From assembly GCA_934178555.1 (NCBI GenBank), contig CAKPQL010000003.1, positions 13,374 to 77,373 of the forward strand: a stretch of DNA of 64,000 nucleotides, in the 5' to 3' direction. Made by a program: the position numbers and the translations under genes. Of this stretch, positions 42,322-53,041 are shown in pieces. Source of the stretch: an uncultured Clostridia bacterium (lineage in GTDB: Bacteria > Bacillota > Clostridia > TANB77 > CAG-508). The notes under the pieces are model-generated. The model saw nothing but the letters and a program-made list of their open reading frames with translations, ran no database searches and was not told the origin of the DNA. Position 1 is the stretch's first letter. Each line of letters opens with the position of its first letter.

Positions 42322-44319
42322 CTATTTTACATACTTAAATATAAGATTTGGATCAATTTTTTTCCATTTACTTAAGAAATATTCTCCCTTTTCTCTTATC
42401 AATTTATAGTGAGCAGCTGTACCACTTTTAGTTGTTTGATGTGGTAAATGTCCAACACCTAAGTGTGGTGAATAATATATTTCTAGACCAGCATTTCTTA
42501 CTTTTAATGATAAATCTGTATCTTCATAACATGTTGGGTCATAATTCAAATCAAATCCTTCGATTTTATCAAATAAATCTTTCTTTATAATATATCCACA
42601 TGTAGCTAAATATCCAATATCACTCCTACAAATTGCATTTGGTGGCATATATTTATGTTCAAAAGAATCAACAACCATATATGCAAATCCCTTTCTATTG
42701 AACCAACCAGCTCCCCAGCCGATACTACCAATTTTATCATTCTCTTGCATTAATTCTATATAATTATCTAACCAATATTTGTTTGTAATCCATTCGTCAC
42801 TGTCTAAAAACACAATATACTTACCTTTAGAATTTTCTACTCCTAAATTTCTTCCTGAAGAGCATCCATTTTTGCTATTTCTTACTAATGTTATTTTATC
42901 TGAATAATTTTCTTTTAAAATTTCATAAGAACCATCTGTACTGTTATTGTCAACAATTACTATTTGATAATTATATCTTTCATTATTTAGTAGCAATGTA
43001 TCAACACACTTGAATATAACTTTTTTATTATTGTAGTTAAGTACTACTATAGATATGTTACCATATACATCACTATCTTTTTCCCATTTGTTTACTGGAA
43101 ATAGAACATCTAGCATTTCACTGCATCTACTATACCAGTTATTTTTGTTTATAAATTCATCTCTGGCTGATATATTTACATCGTTTTTTGAATTCATAAT
43201 ATGATTTATCCAATCCTCTGATTCTAAACTTGTATAAGTATTTGGATATCCATTAATATCTGGTAATTCTGTTGCAATTACCTCTTTATTCATTGATATA
43301 TATTCAAATATTTTTAATGGAGAAACATAATCCCCAATACTTCCTTGTTTAAATGGTAATATTGCAAAATCAGAATATTGTAGATATGCAGGCAACTCTT
43401 CTTGTTTTTTTAATCCTAAGAAATGAACATTGTTTGGCATTTCTTCTACTTTTTGTCTTATACCACTATAATCACCAATTAAGTTGATACTTATATATGC
43501 ACTACTATCTGCAACCTTTTTTATTATATCCCAATCAAACCAATTTCCCCAAAGAGATCCATAATATATTAAAGTTTTTTCATTAGTATATAAATCTTCA
43601 GGTTTTTTATACTCTTTTCTTGGTTCGAATAAATCATCATCAACAGCATTAGCTAGATAATATACTTTCTTATTTACTATTCCATATTTTTTTAAATACA
43701 TTTCTGTTTGCTGAACTAATTTTTTGGCTGTTGCAGTAATCATATCAGCATTCTGTAACATACTTTCTAATGTAGCTTCATCAAAGAACATTTCCCCCAA
43801 AGAAGTTTCCCAATTATCGATATTCTCATATATAATTTTAGCTGACTTGTTCTTAGCAATATTTAAAAACTCTTTAAATTTTAATATTGGAGCTTCAAAT
43901 ATAAATATATCATCTTTATTTACTCTTTCTTCTATTATTTTTTTATCAACATTATCTATATATTGGTGCATTACTAATGGCATTGACATCAATGGTATAT
44001 TTCCCTCTGTACATTCGTAAGCATAAATATAGTATACCGCAAATCCAAGTTTATTAAAGATCTTTGCTAATTGTGATGAACGTTGTCCTCCTCCAACATC
44101 AAAGTATGGTACTGTTCCAAATATATATATACTTTTTTTACTTTTTAATATAATATTAGAATTATCTTTATTTTCATCAGTTAAATCAAAGTTTTTAAAC
44201 TTTTCTAATTGCTTATTTTTTAAAATGTCTTTCTTAAAAATCTTTTTTATTATTATTCTTATCGTTTCTCTAAATCCATGACACTTATAATACATTATTA
44301 CTTTTTTAAACATCTTCAT
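42322..44319 (-). CDS. two-domain glycosyltransferase (N-terminal GT4-like + C-terminal GT2)
   Basis: N-terminal ...SPLKIFEYISMNKEVIATEL (GT4) and C-terminal ISIVVLNYNN...VDNNSTDGS...DSDEW (GT2 DxD). Confidence 0.6.
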   Translation of the reverse strand: MKMFKKVIMYYKCHGFRETIRIIIKKIFKKDILKNKQLEKFKNFDLTDENKDNSNIILKSKKSIYIFGTVPYFDVGGGQRSSQLAKIFNKLGFAVYYIYAYECTEGNIPLMSMPLVMHQYIDNVDKKIIEERVNKDDIFIFEAPILKFKEFLNIAKNKSAKIIYENIDNWETSLGEMFFDEATLESMLQNADMITATAKKLVQQTEMYLKKYGIVNKKVYYLANAVDDDLFEPRKEYKKPEDLYTNEKTLIYYGSLWGNWFDWDIIKKVADSSAYISINLIGDYSGIRQKVEEMPNNVHFLGLKKQEELPAYLQYSDFAILPFKQGSIGDYVSPLKIFEYISMNKEVIATELPDINGYPNTYTSLESEDWINHIMNSKNDVNISARDEFINKNNWYSRCSEMLDVLFPVNKWEKDSDVYGNISIVVLNYNNKKVIFKCVDTLLLNNERYNYQIVIVDNNSTDGSYEILKENYSDKITLVRNSKNGCSSGRNLGVENSKGKYIVFLDSDEWITNKYWLDNYIELMQENDKIGSIGWGAGWFNRKGFAYMVVDSFEHKYMPPNAICRSDIGYLATCGYIIKKDLFDKIEGFDLNYDPTCYEDTDLSLKVRNAGLEIYYSPHLGVGHLPHQTTKSGTAAHYKLIREKGEYFLSKWKKIDPNLIFKYVK

Positions 44320-44340
44320 TCTCCTTACTTTATTAACAAC

Positions 44341-45084
44341 TTACGTATTATATTTTTTCGCATATTCATTGCAAACTTCTTCAGCATTTCCAATCATTTT
44401 TATTTTTCCATGTTCTAGCCAAATTACTCTATCGCACAATGATTTTATTGATTCTAATGAATGTGATACATATAAAACTGTAGTACCTCCCTTAATCATT
44501 CCTCTCATTTTTTCTTCACTTTTCTGTTGAAATGCAATGTCTCCAACTGATAATATTTCATCTACTATAAGAATTTCTGGATCTACTATAGTAGAAATAG
44601 AAAATGCAAGTCTAGCTACCATTCCTGACGAGAAATTTCTAACCGGTACATCTAAGAAATCTATTAATTCAGAAAAATCTACAATTTCATTAAATTTTTT
44701 ATCAATAAATTCTTTCGAATACCCTAATACTGCTCCATTTAAATAAATATTTTCTCTTGCAGTAAGGTCAGGATCAAATCCAGCGCCTAATTCTATCATA
44801 GGGCATACATTACCATATATTTCTATATTTCCTTTAGTAGGTTTCATAACTCCTGCTACTATTTTTAACAACGTTGATTTTCCAGCCCCATTGCTTCCAA
44901 CAAATCCAATTACCTCACCTTTTTTTACTTCAAAATTAACATCGGTTAAAGCCCAAAAATCATTATTTTTTTTATTCTCTTTATTCTTTTCCTTCTTAAA
45001 CATATTAATAAAAAATAATTTTAGAGAAAAATTCTTCTCTATTCCAAGATTAAATCTCATGGATACATTATTAACTTTTATCAT
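44341..45084 (-). CDS. tagH: polysaccharide/teichoic-acid ABC exporter ATP-binding protein (TagH/Wzt-like)
   Basis: Walker A GSNGAGKST, signature FSSGMVARLAF, Walker B ILIVDEILSVGD. Confidence 0.8.
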   Translation of the reverse strand: MIKVNNVSMRFNLGIEKNFSLKLFFINMFKKEKNKENKKNNDFWALTDVNFEVKKGEVIGFVGSNGAGKSTLLKIVAGVMKPTKGNIEIYGNVCPMIELGAGFDPDLTARENIYLNGAVLGYSKEFIDKKFNEIVDFSELIDFLDVPVRNFSSGMVARLAFSISTIVDPEILIVDEILSVGDIAFQQKSEEKMRGMIKGGTTVLYVSHSLESIKSLCDRVIWLEHGKIKMIGNAEEVCNEYAKKYNT

Positions 45085-45092
45085 ACTGCCTC

Positions 45093-45935
45093 CTATACAT
45101 AATAAATAAATTTATCCTGATTCTTTTTAAATACTACAATTCCTATAATTAGTGTTACTATTGATGTTATAGCACATATAGCAAATGTAAAAGCACTAGG
45201 CATTTCATTATATAAAATAATTCTTCTAGCGAAATTAATATAATGATAAATCGGATTGCATTTTAAAAGCAGTTGTATTTCTGGTGATATTATTGTAATG
45301 TCATACATTATTGGAGTTAAATACGTCCATATTGTAATAACAATTCCATATATATAAAACATATCTCTTAAAAAAACTGAAATTGTAGATAATATAAATC
45401 CCATTCCTAATGTAAACATAAATAAACAAATAAAGGCATATGGTAATAATAAGTGATAAATATTAATTCCCGTTCCTGTAACTAATATTACAATATATAA
45501 AGGAATTAATGTAAGTAAGAAATTTATACCTATGAATAAACATTTAGATAGCGGAAATATATACTTTGGAATATATACTTTATTAATCAATCCAAAATTA
45601 GCTACAACTGAACTCATTGCTAAATTAGATGCCTCACTAAAATAATTAAACATTACTAAACCAGTTAATAGATACACTAAATAATTTACACCTGGTGTAC
45701 TAAATTTAAAGAAATTAGAAAATATAATAGCCATTACAATCATCATTAATACAGGATACAATAAACTCCATACAATTCCAAGAACAGACCTTTTATATTT
45801 TACTTTAAAATCCCTACTTACTAACTGCTGCAATAAAAAACTATATTTTTTAAAATTTGTCCATATATTTTTTAAAAACATAATTACCTCCACTATAAAC
45901 AAAGTTATTATATATAAAATGTATTTATTAATCAA
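45093..45935 (-). CDS. tagG: ABC-2 type exporter permease (TagG/Wzm-like)
   Basis: 6 TM helices, ABC-2 family; adjacent to the ATPase. Confidence 0.75.
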   Translation of the reverse strand: MINKYILYIITLFIVEVIMFLKNIWTNFKKYSFLLQQLVSRDFKVKYKRSVLGIVWSLLYPVLMMIVMAIIFSNFFKFSTPGVNYLVYLLTGLVMFNYFSEASNLAMSSVVANFGLINKVYIPKYIFPLSKCLFIGINFLLTLIPLYIVILVTGTGINIYHLLLPYAFICLFMFTLGMGFILSTISVFLRDMFYIYGIVITIWTYLTPIMYDITIISPEIQLLLKCNPIYHYINFARRIILYNEMPSAFTFAICAITSIVTLIIGIVVFKKNQDKFIYYV

Positions 45936-45998
45936 GTAAATTTTTAAAAAAATATACGGAAACTTGATTTTATTAAATTTTATTTTCTGTCTTTCATA

Positions 45999-46024
45999 TT
46001 ATATAAATATAGAGGCGTTAAAAA
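45999..46024 (-). terminator. terminator of clpB (bidirectional hairpin)
   Basis: atagaggcgtt aaaaa acgcctctat flanked by A/T runs. Confidence 0.6.
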
Positions 46025-46133
46025 ACGCCTCTATATTTATATAAGTTAATTCTAATAAACTGTAAAACTGCTAATTCCGTAGCAATTATAATTATGACTT
46101 CATATTCTTTGTTGCTTTATCTTGATTCATTAT

Positions 46134-48728
46134 TTATTTTGATATATCTAGTTCATTATCTTTGCAGTCTACTGTAACTGTAGTATTAGGTAATATTTCT
46201 TGTGTTAATATTTTTTTAGCTATTAATGTTTCTAATTTCTTTTGGACAAATCTTTTCAAAGGTCTTGCTCCATATACTTCGTCATATCCATTATTTATTA
46301 AATAATCTTTTGCACCTTTAGTTAATTCTAATTTTATATGTTTATCATCTAGTCTTCTTTCCAAATCTTTTATTAATAAATCTAATATTTTTGAAATTTC
46401 ATCTTTTCTTAATGGTTTATAAAATACTATTTCATCCAAACGGTTTAAAAATTCGGGTCTAAAACTTTGTTTTAACAAATTACTTACTTTATTTTTTGCT
46501 TCATCTGAAATTTCTCCACTCTGTTCTATTCCTTCTAATATATAATCTGAACCTAAGTTTGAAGTTAATATTATTATTGTATTTTTAAAATCTACAGTCC
46601 TTCCTTGCGAATCCGTAATACGTCCATCATCTAATACTTGTAATAATATATTGAACACATCAGGGTGTGCCTTTTCAATTTCATCAAACAAAACTACAGA
46701 ATATGGTTTTCTTCTAACCGCCTCAGTTAATTGTCCTCCCTCTTCGTAACCTACATATCCTGGAGGTGCACCTATTAATCTTGATACAGAATACTTTTCC
46801 ATATACTCAGACATATCTATTCTTACTATATTATGTTCATCATCAAATAAACTCTCTGCTAATGCCTTTGCTAATTCAGTTTTACCAACACCAGTTGGAC
46901 CTAAAAACATAAATGAGCCTATTGGTTTACGCGGATCTCCTATTCCTGCTCTTGAACGCATTATTGCTTCAGATACTTTTTCAACGGCTTCATCCTGTCC
47001 AATTACTCTTTTATGAAGTATTTCATCTAGATGTAATATTTTTTCTCTTTCTCCCTCCATAAGTTTTGCTACTGGTATTCCTGTCCATCTTGATATAATT
47101 TTTGCAATTTCATCTTCTGTTACTTTATTTCTAAGTAAGCCATCCTCTTTACTTTTTTCTGATAACTCTTCTTCTTTTTCTAATTCTTTTTGCAATTCTG
47201 GTAATTTTCCATATTTCAATTCGGCTGCTTTATTCAATTCATAATTTCTTTCTGCTTGTTCTATTTGAGAATTTACACGGTCTATTTCTTCTCGTAATTT
47301 CTGTACTTTACCAATTGCCTGTTTTTCATTCTCCCATTTTGCTTTCATTCCATCAAATTTTGATTTTAATTCTGCCTTTTCCTTTTGAATATCAGCTAAA
47401 CGTTGTTTAGACATTTCGTCGTTTTCCTTACTTAAAGCAGTTTCTTCTATTTCTAACTGCATAATTTTTCTAGATACTTCATCTAATTCAGTTGGCATTG
47501 ATTCCATTTCTGTTTTTATCATAGCGCATGCCTCATCTACCAAATCTATTGCTTTATCTGGTAAAAATCTGTCTGATATATATCTATGTGATAATGTTGC
47601 AGCTGCAATTAAGCTATTATCTGATATTTTTACTCCATGATACAATTCATATTTTTCCTTCAATCCCCTTAATATTGAAATTGTATCTTCTACAGTTGGT
47701 TCATCTACCATAACTGGTTGAAAACGTCTTTCTAGAGCGGGATCCTTTTCTATATATTGTCTATATTCATTTAAGGTAGTAGCACCTATACAATGTAGTT
47801 CACCACGTGCTAGCATTGGTTTTAGTAAATTACCTGCATCCATTGCTCCATCTGTTTTTCCTGCGCCCACTATTGTATGAATTTCGTCTATAAACAATAT
47901 TATTTTTCCTTCACTTTTCTTTATTTCTTGTAATACTGCTTTTAATCTTTCCTCAAATTCTCCTCTATATTTTGCACCTGCAACTAAAGAGCCCATATCT
48001 AGTGAAAATATGGTGCAATCCTTTAATCCCTCTGGAACATCTCCTCTTAATATTCTTAGTGCTAGCCCTTCTGCAATAGCAGTTTTACCAACACCTGGTT
48101 CACCTATTAAGCAAGGATTATTTTTGGTTTTTCTTGATAATATTCTTATTACATTTCTTATTTCTGAATCTCTTCCTATTACTGGATCCAATTTTTGTTT
48201 ACGTGCTAGTTCTACCAAATCTTGTCCATATTTTTTCAAAGCATCATAAGTTTCTTCTGGATTATCTGTTGTTACTCTGGTATTTCCTCTAACGCTTAAT
48301 AGAGCTTTTAAAAAATCATTTTTATTTATATTAAATTTTCCAAATAATTCTTTTACTTCTCTATTTGCATTATCAAACATAGAAAGCATAATATGTTCTA
48401 CAGAAACATATTCATCTTTCATTTCCTTTGCAATATTTTCAGCTTTAGCAAACATAATATCAACATCTTGAGATACATAAATTCCATCATTTGGTCTTGC
48501 TCCACCTGTAACTTTTGGTTTATTAGCTATTTTATTTCTTACCTTCTCCTCGAAACTTTCAGGTATTTCCATTTTTTTAAATAATTCTTTTATTAAGCTA
48601 TTATCTTGTTCAAGTAATGCCAATAAAACATGTTCTTGCTCTACTTGTGCATTCTGATTTTCAACTGCTATATTCTGTGCATTTTGTATAGCCTCCAATG
48701 ATTTTTGAGTAAACTTTTGAATATTCAT
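46134..48728 (-). CDS. clpB: ATP-dependent chaperone ClpB
   Basis: 864 aa; two AAA+ modules ([16 protein letters not shown]) with a long middle coiled-coil. Confidence 0.95.
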   Translation of the reverse strand: MNIQKFTQKSLEAIQNAQNIAVENQNAQVEQEHVLLALLEQDNSLIKELFKKMEIPESFEEKVRNKIANKPKVTGGARPNDGIYVSQDVDIMFAKAENIAKEMKDEYVSVEHIMLSMFDNANREVKELFGKFNINKNDFLKALLSVRGNTRVTTDNPEETYDALKKYGQDLVELARKQKLDPVIGRDSEIRNVIRILSRKTKNNPCLIGEPGVGKTAIAEGLALRILRGDVPEGLKDCTIFSLDMGSLVAGAKYRGEFEERLKAVLQEIKKSEGKIILFIDEIHTIVGAGKTDGAMDAGNLLKPMLARGELHCIGATTLNEYRQYIEKDPALERRFQPVMVDEPTVEDTISILRGLKEKYELYHGVKISDNSLIAAATLSHRYISDRFLPDKAIDLVDEACAMIKTEMESMPTELDEVSRKIMQLEIEETALSKENDEMSKQRLADIQKEKAELKSKFDGMKAKWENEKQAIGKVQKLREEIDRVNSQIEQAERNYELNKAAELKYGKLPELQKELEKEEELSEKSKEDGLLRNKVTEDEIAKIISRWTGIPVAKLMEGEREKILHLDEILHKRVIGQDEAVEKVSEAIMRSRAGIGDPRKPIGSFMFLGPTGVGKTELAKALAESLFDDEHNIVRIDMSEYMEKYSVSRLIGAPPGYVGYEEGGQLTEAVRRKPYSVVLFDEIEKAHPDVFNILLQVLDDGRITDSQGRTVDFKNTIIILTSNLGSDYILEGIEQSGEISDEAKNKVSNLLKQSFRPEFLNRLDEIVFYKPLRKDEISKILDLLIKDLERRLDDKHIKLELTKGAKDYLINNGYDEVYGARPLKRFVQKKLETLIAKKILTQEILPNTTVTVDCKDNELDISK

Positions 48729-48871
48729 ATTACCACTCCTTTCCCACTGAATCGTTTTTGTTAGCTAAATAATATTTCTTAACTAACCTGCATTATGAAT
48801 ATTTTAAAAGCACAATCTTAAATATAGAATGTGCCTTTTTCTGATTACATATAATATTATAATACATTATT

Positions 48872-48898
48872 TTAGCAAAGTAAATAGGAGAGTGCTAA
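48872..48898 (-). promoter_or_regulatory. CIRCE-like inverted repeat (HrcA operator candidate) upstream of clpB
   Basis: The minus strand reads TTAGCACTC-tcctattta-CTTTGCTAA against the CIRCE consensus TTAGCACTC-N9-GAGTGCTAA: perfect left half, 9-nt spacer, right half 6/9. A -10-like TATAAT follows. About 145 nt upstream of the clpB ATG. Confidence 0.45.
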
Positions 48899-48903
48899 TT
48901 TTT

Positions 48904-49827
48904 TTAATAATTTCTTTTTATTTTTGCAACAAAGAATCCTTCATATAAATTATTTGGACATACGCAAAGAGTTCCTTCTATTTTTGTTGGAAGCATTGGT
49001 ATACTTTCTTTCGACTCAAATTCTATAGGTATAATCTCATATTTTTTACCATCTATAACTTTATTTATGATTTCTTCATTTTCACATGAAAGTATTGAAC
49101 AAGTAGAATATACCATTTCTCCTCCAGGTTTTAAAATTGTAATTGCTTTTTTTAATAAAGCTAATTGTGAGTTTTGAGATTTATTTATTAATTTCATTGT
49201 AAATGTATCATTTAATTTTTTGTTATTTATATCCAAAGTACCGCTTCCACTACATGGTGCATCTAATAAAATCTGATTAAAAGAAAAAAAACTATCTATA
49301 TTTCTTGCATCTTTTACCATACAATATACACATGTAGCCCCTTGCTTTTCTATATTGTATTTTAGTCGTTCTGCACGAATCGAATTCATTTCACACGCCG
49401 TAATATGAGATTTGTTTTCTGATAAAGCTGCCATTTGAGTAGTCTTTCCACCAGGAGCTGCAGCCATATCTAAAATATCTGCATTATATTTAGGTTCAAG
49501 TATAATTGGAGGTAACATAGATGATAAATTTTGAAGATATATCTTACCTTCTTTATATATATCCAACTCTTGTATTTCTTTTTCTTTAACATTTTTTATA
49601 ATTACAGCTGAATTACTCCAAGGAACTAGTTCATATTCTATTTTTTCTATATTTAATAAATTTAAAACATCCTCTACATTAGTTTTTAAAGTATTTATTC
49701 TAAAACTAACAACTCTATTACTAGTGTATCCAGTTATTATTTTTTTTGTATTCTCTTTACCATACTGTTCTTCTAGCATACTGATTAAAAAAGTAGGTAA
49801 CTTAGCGATTGTTTCATTATATTCCAT
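48904..49827 (-). CDS. RsmB/RsmF (NOL1/NOP2/Sun) family rRNA cytosine-C5 methyltransferase
   Basis: SAM motif ILDMAAAPGGKT, catalytic DAPCSGSG and TCS motifs. Confidence 0.8.
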   Translation of the reverse strand: MEYNETIAKLPTFLISMLEEQYGKENTKKIITGYTSNRVVSFRINTLKTNVEDVLNLLNIEKIEYELVPWSNSAVIIKNVKEKEIQELDIYKEGKIYLQNLSSMLPPIILEPKYNADILDMAAAPGGKTTQMAALSENKSHITACEMNSIRAERLKYNIEKQGATCVYCMVKDARNIDSFFSFNQILLDAPCSGSGTLDINNKKLNDTFTMKLINKSQNSQLALLKKAITILKPGGEMVYSTCSILSCENEEIINKVIDGKKYEIIPIEFESKESIPMLPTKIEGTLCVCPNNLYEGFFVAKIKRNY

Positions 49828-49855
49828 ATATTCCTCCTAATTTTTGTACATTATA

Positions 49856-50527
49856 TTATTCTAACATATATTTATATAAAATTTCTTTTTTTCCTCCATA
49901 CATACTATGATATGTAAGTTCTATTTCTGAAACATCAACTTCCCCAAAATCATAATTATTATGTTCTTCTATAAATTTTATAAACTTTTCTCTATTTTTC
50001 AAACTTTCCTTAAATCTTGAAATTGTTATATGTGATGAGTTTGTTATGTATTTTTCATTTAATTCTAATCCGTGCTCTAAAATTTCTTTTTTTAATTTTC
50101 TTCTAAAATATTCCAATTCTTCTTTATAATACCCTTTCACAATAACCGCCCCATCACTAGCAATTATTCCTTTAAAATTAATTTTGAATTTTTTTATTTC
50201 TTTTAATATTTTATTTATTATTTCGTTATACATTTCAATTTGATTTTGTGTATATTTAAAATTTTCTTTAGAAACTATTATAGAAAAAAGAGTAGTGTGT
50301 AAATTATCTTTAGGATAATAGTACTGATTTTCTTCAATTTTTTTAAGTTCATTTTCAATACCTTGTATTTTGTATTTTATATTATCGTTAGGTCTTGCTA
50401 ATACTGCAATTCCCATTCTTGTATCTTTATCTATATTATTTAACCAATAATCAATACTCTCCTCCTTGTGGAATATCTTATTAATCCCATCACTTGATAT
50501 ATTACTATATAAATTTTCTAATTCCAT
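49856..50527 (-). CDS. 2H phosphoesterase superfamily protein (LigT-like 2'-5' RNA ligase family)
   Basis: Two H-x-T/S-x motifs (LHTTLF and HITISRF) with LigT-like spacing. Confidence 0.5.
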   Translation of the reverse strand: MELENLYSNISSDGINKIFHKEESIDYWLNNIDKDTRMGIAVLARPNDNIKYKIQGIENELKKIEENQYYYPKDNLHTTLFSIIVSKENFKYTQNQIEMYNEIINKILKEIKKFKINFKGIIASDGAVIVKGYYKEELEYFRRKLKKEILEHGLELNEKYITNSSHITISRFKESLKNREKFIKFIEEHNNYDFGEVDVSEIELTYHSMYGGKKEILYKYMLE

Positions 50528-50640
50528 TTTTTCTCCTTTGTGTTTCCATAAATTGTAATTAATACTATATCACAAAAAAAATAAAAAGAATAGATTTTAA
50601 TGTAAAAATCTACTCTTTTCGTTCGTCACCAAATGACATT

Positions 50641-51928
50641 TTATTTAGGCAACTTGATTATAAACACTGTTCCTTTTGGTTTATTATGAACTGCTTTAAT
50701 AGTTCCTTTATGTAATTTTACTATCAAATTTGCTATTGATAGTCCGAAGTCCGGTTCCTCCAGTTTGTCTTGATCTTGCTTTATCTTCTCTATAAAATCT
50801 ATCAAATATATGATTTATTGCTTTATCACTTATTCCAATACCTGTATCTCTTACCTCTAATGTAAATTTATTTTCCTTTGCATAAGTATTTATTTGTATA
50901 CTATCTCCATCCTCTGTATATTTAATAGCATTATCTAATAAAATTACCAAAAGCTGATGAATTCTATTTCTATCGATTTTTATCTCTTTTTGATAATTTA
51001 AATTCAAATTAATTGTCTTGTTTTCCAAGCTAGCAAACTCTACATATGGTGTTGCAACTTCTCGTATTAAACTATCTATATCTGTATTTTCTTTATTTAT
51101 TACACTTTCCTTAGAATCAGCATTCGCTAAAGTCATTAAATCCCTTGTTAACTTTGTTAATCTCTTTACTTCATTTAAAGTAAGTGTTATATCTTCAGAT
51201 TTATCAATTATTTTGCTATTTGGTTCTTGTAATAACAGCTCTTGCTTTGCCTGTATTATTGTAAGAGGGGTCCTTAATTCATGTGATGCATTTTGTACAA
51301 ATTCAGTTTGTTTTTTCCATGAATCTATTATGGGTTTAAGAGTCTTCTTTGACAACAAATAACTTGCTAATAATGCTACTATGATTGTTACAACTATCGC
51401 AAACGAAAGTATGTGAAAATAATTATTAATTATACTTGTTTCTGCATCAACGTTTATCAATAGTTGTACATACTCTTTCTGTCCATCTTCATTCTCTATT
51501 TTATAATTTATTCCCCTATAATAATATCCATTAACTTGGATTTCATATATATTATTTAAGTCATTTTTTTGAAATTTTATGTATGGTATGTATTCCTCAT
51601 AGAATCTACCAATACTATCTTCATTTTTTATATTTCCATTTTCATATCTTAATATATATATAATTCTTGGATTTACCCTGAAATCTTCCTTTTTTAATTT
51701 TTCGTCCATTAGATTATCTGGTATTTTACTATCTATAAAATTTACTACATTATACTTTTCTATATAATTTAGCGCATTCTTCAATTCAAAATCTGAAGAT
51801 TTGTATATATAACTTTTTAATATATTAAATATTACAGCACCAAATATGGTAAATATAAGTGTAAATATTATAAAATACAATATCATATTTTTTATTAATT
51901 GTTTTTTTATTAATTTTTCCTCATTCAT
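50641..51928 (-). pseudogene. two-component sensor histidine kinase, interrupted by +1 frameshift at in-frame CGG (50744-50746); apparent pseudogene or recoded CDS
   Basis: Two N-terminal TM helices, H-box SHELRTPL, N-box. The ORF ends ...GGTGLRTINSKFDSKIT*. The coding strand GGA CTT CGG ACT ATC should read GGA CTT GGA CTA TCA = GGTGLGLSIANLIVKLHKGTIKAVHNKPKGTVFIIKLPK* (canonical G2 box and C-terminus), with a stop at 50641. Confidence 0.8.
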
Positions 51929-51955
51929 ATTAAATCATCCTTACTTTAAATTTAA

Positions 51956-52639
51956 TTAATTTGAAAAAGAATTATCTGACCAAATATACCCTACACCTCT
52001 AATGGTTTTTAGATATTCTTCATATCCCACTTTTTTCAATTCTTTTCTTAATCCACTAGTATATACTTCAACAACATTAGTAGTTGTATCGCTATTAAAT
52101 CCCCAAATTTTATCAAAAATTTGGTCTTTAGTTATTATAGTATTTTTGTAATTAATTAAATACTCTAATACATCAAATTGTTTCCCTTGTAAATTTAAAG
52201 CAATATCATTTACTGTAGCTTGTCTTGTTTGTAAATTTAATTTTAATTCTTTAAATTCTATTGTATCATTTACATATGTTCCATTTGTTCTTCTTACCAT
52301 AGATTCTAATCTTGCAATTAATTCTTCTCTATCAAATGGCTTAACTAAATAATCATCTGCCCCTAAATTAAATCCTCTTACTTTATTTTGAACTCCATCC
52401 TTAGCTGTCAATATAAGTACCGGTGTATATATTTTCTCTTTTCTTAAACTATCCAATACTTCATATCCATCTAATATTGGCAGCATTAAATCCAATATTA
52501 TAACATCATATATATTTTGCCTAGCATACAATATACCTTCTTCTCCATCAAAGGCTTGCTCTACACTGAATTTTTTCTCTATACATTGTTTTACTGTATT
52601 TGATAATATTTTATCATCTTCTATTATTAAAACTTTCAT
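51956..52639 (-). CDS. OmpR-family response regulator
   Basis: Start at the internal Met MKVLIIEDD after a GGAGG RBS; receiver Asp (ILDLMLP), winged-helix C-terminus. Confidence 0.85.
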   Translation of the reverse strand: MKVLIIEDDKILSNTVKQCIEKKFSVEQAFDGEEGILYARQNIYDVIILDLMLPILDGYEVLDSLRKEKIYTPVLILTAKDGVQNKVRGFNLGADDYLVKPFDREELIARLESMVRRTNGTYVNDTIEFKELKLNLQTRQATVNDIALNLQGKQFDVLEYLINYKNTIITKDQIFDKIWGFNSDTTTNVVEVYTSGLRKELKKVGYEEYLKTIRGVGYIWSDNSFSN

Positions 52640-52849
52640 AAATCCTCCTTTTGGAATATTTTCTTGTGACATGATTTATATAGGCACCACATCTTAGATT
52701 TTTTGTAATATATTATATCATAATATATTCTCCTTAAAAATTTATTAAATTAATTAATTTTTTTATGTTTGTACTTGCTACTTTTTGGAAAATGATGTAA
52801 TATAATGTATTAGAATTTAAAAGTAAAAAAATTTTTAGAAAGGAGTTTT

Positions 52850-53010
52850 ATTTTAGCGCCAGGACAATTTTAAATTGTTGACGAGGATAGGGTTTATCGA
52901 AATATTCGGCGGATGCCCTATGGGATTTAGCTATTCTCATTATGCATTATAAAAAAATAATAGTAATATTATAACAAAAATGATGCAATTTAGCTATACT
53001 TTTAAATTCC
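52850..53010 (+). ncRNA. glmS ribozyme (GlcN6P-responsive self-cleaving riboswitch)
   Basis: AGCGCCAGGAC...GACGAGG...GGGTTTATCGAAATATTCGGCGGATGCCCTATGGG matches the conserved glmS ribozyme core (A^GCGCC cleavage site at 52855/52856) in the glmS 5' UTR. A TTGCTA-17-TAATAT promoter lies at about 52775-52805. Confidence 0.8.
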
Positions 53011-53041
53011 TTACAATTATATTTTAATGGAGGAATTATTT

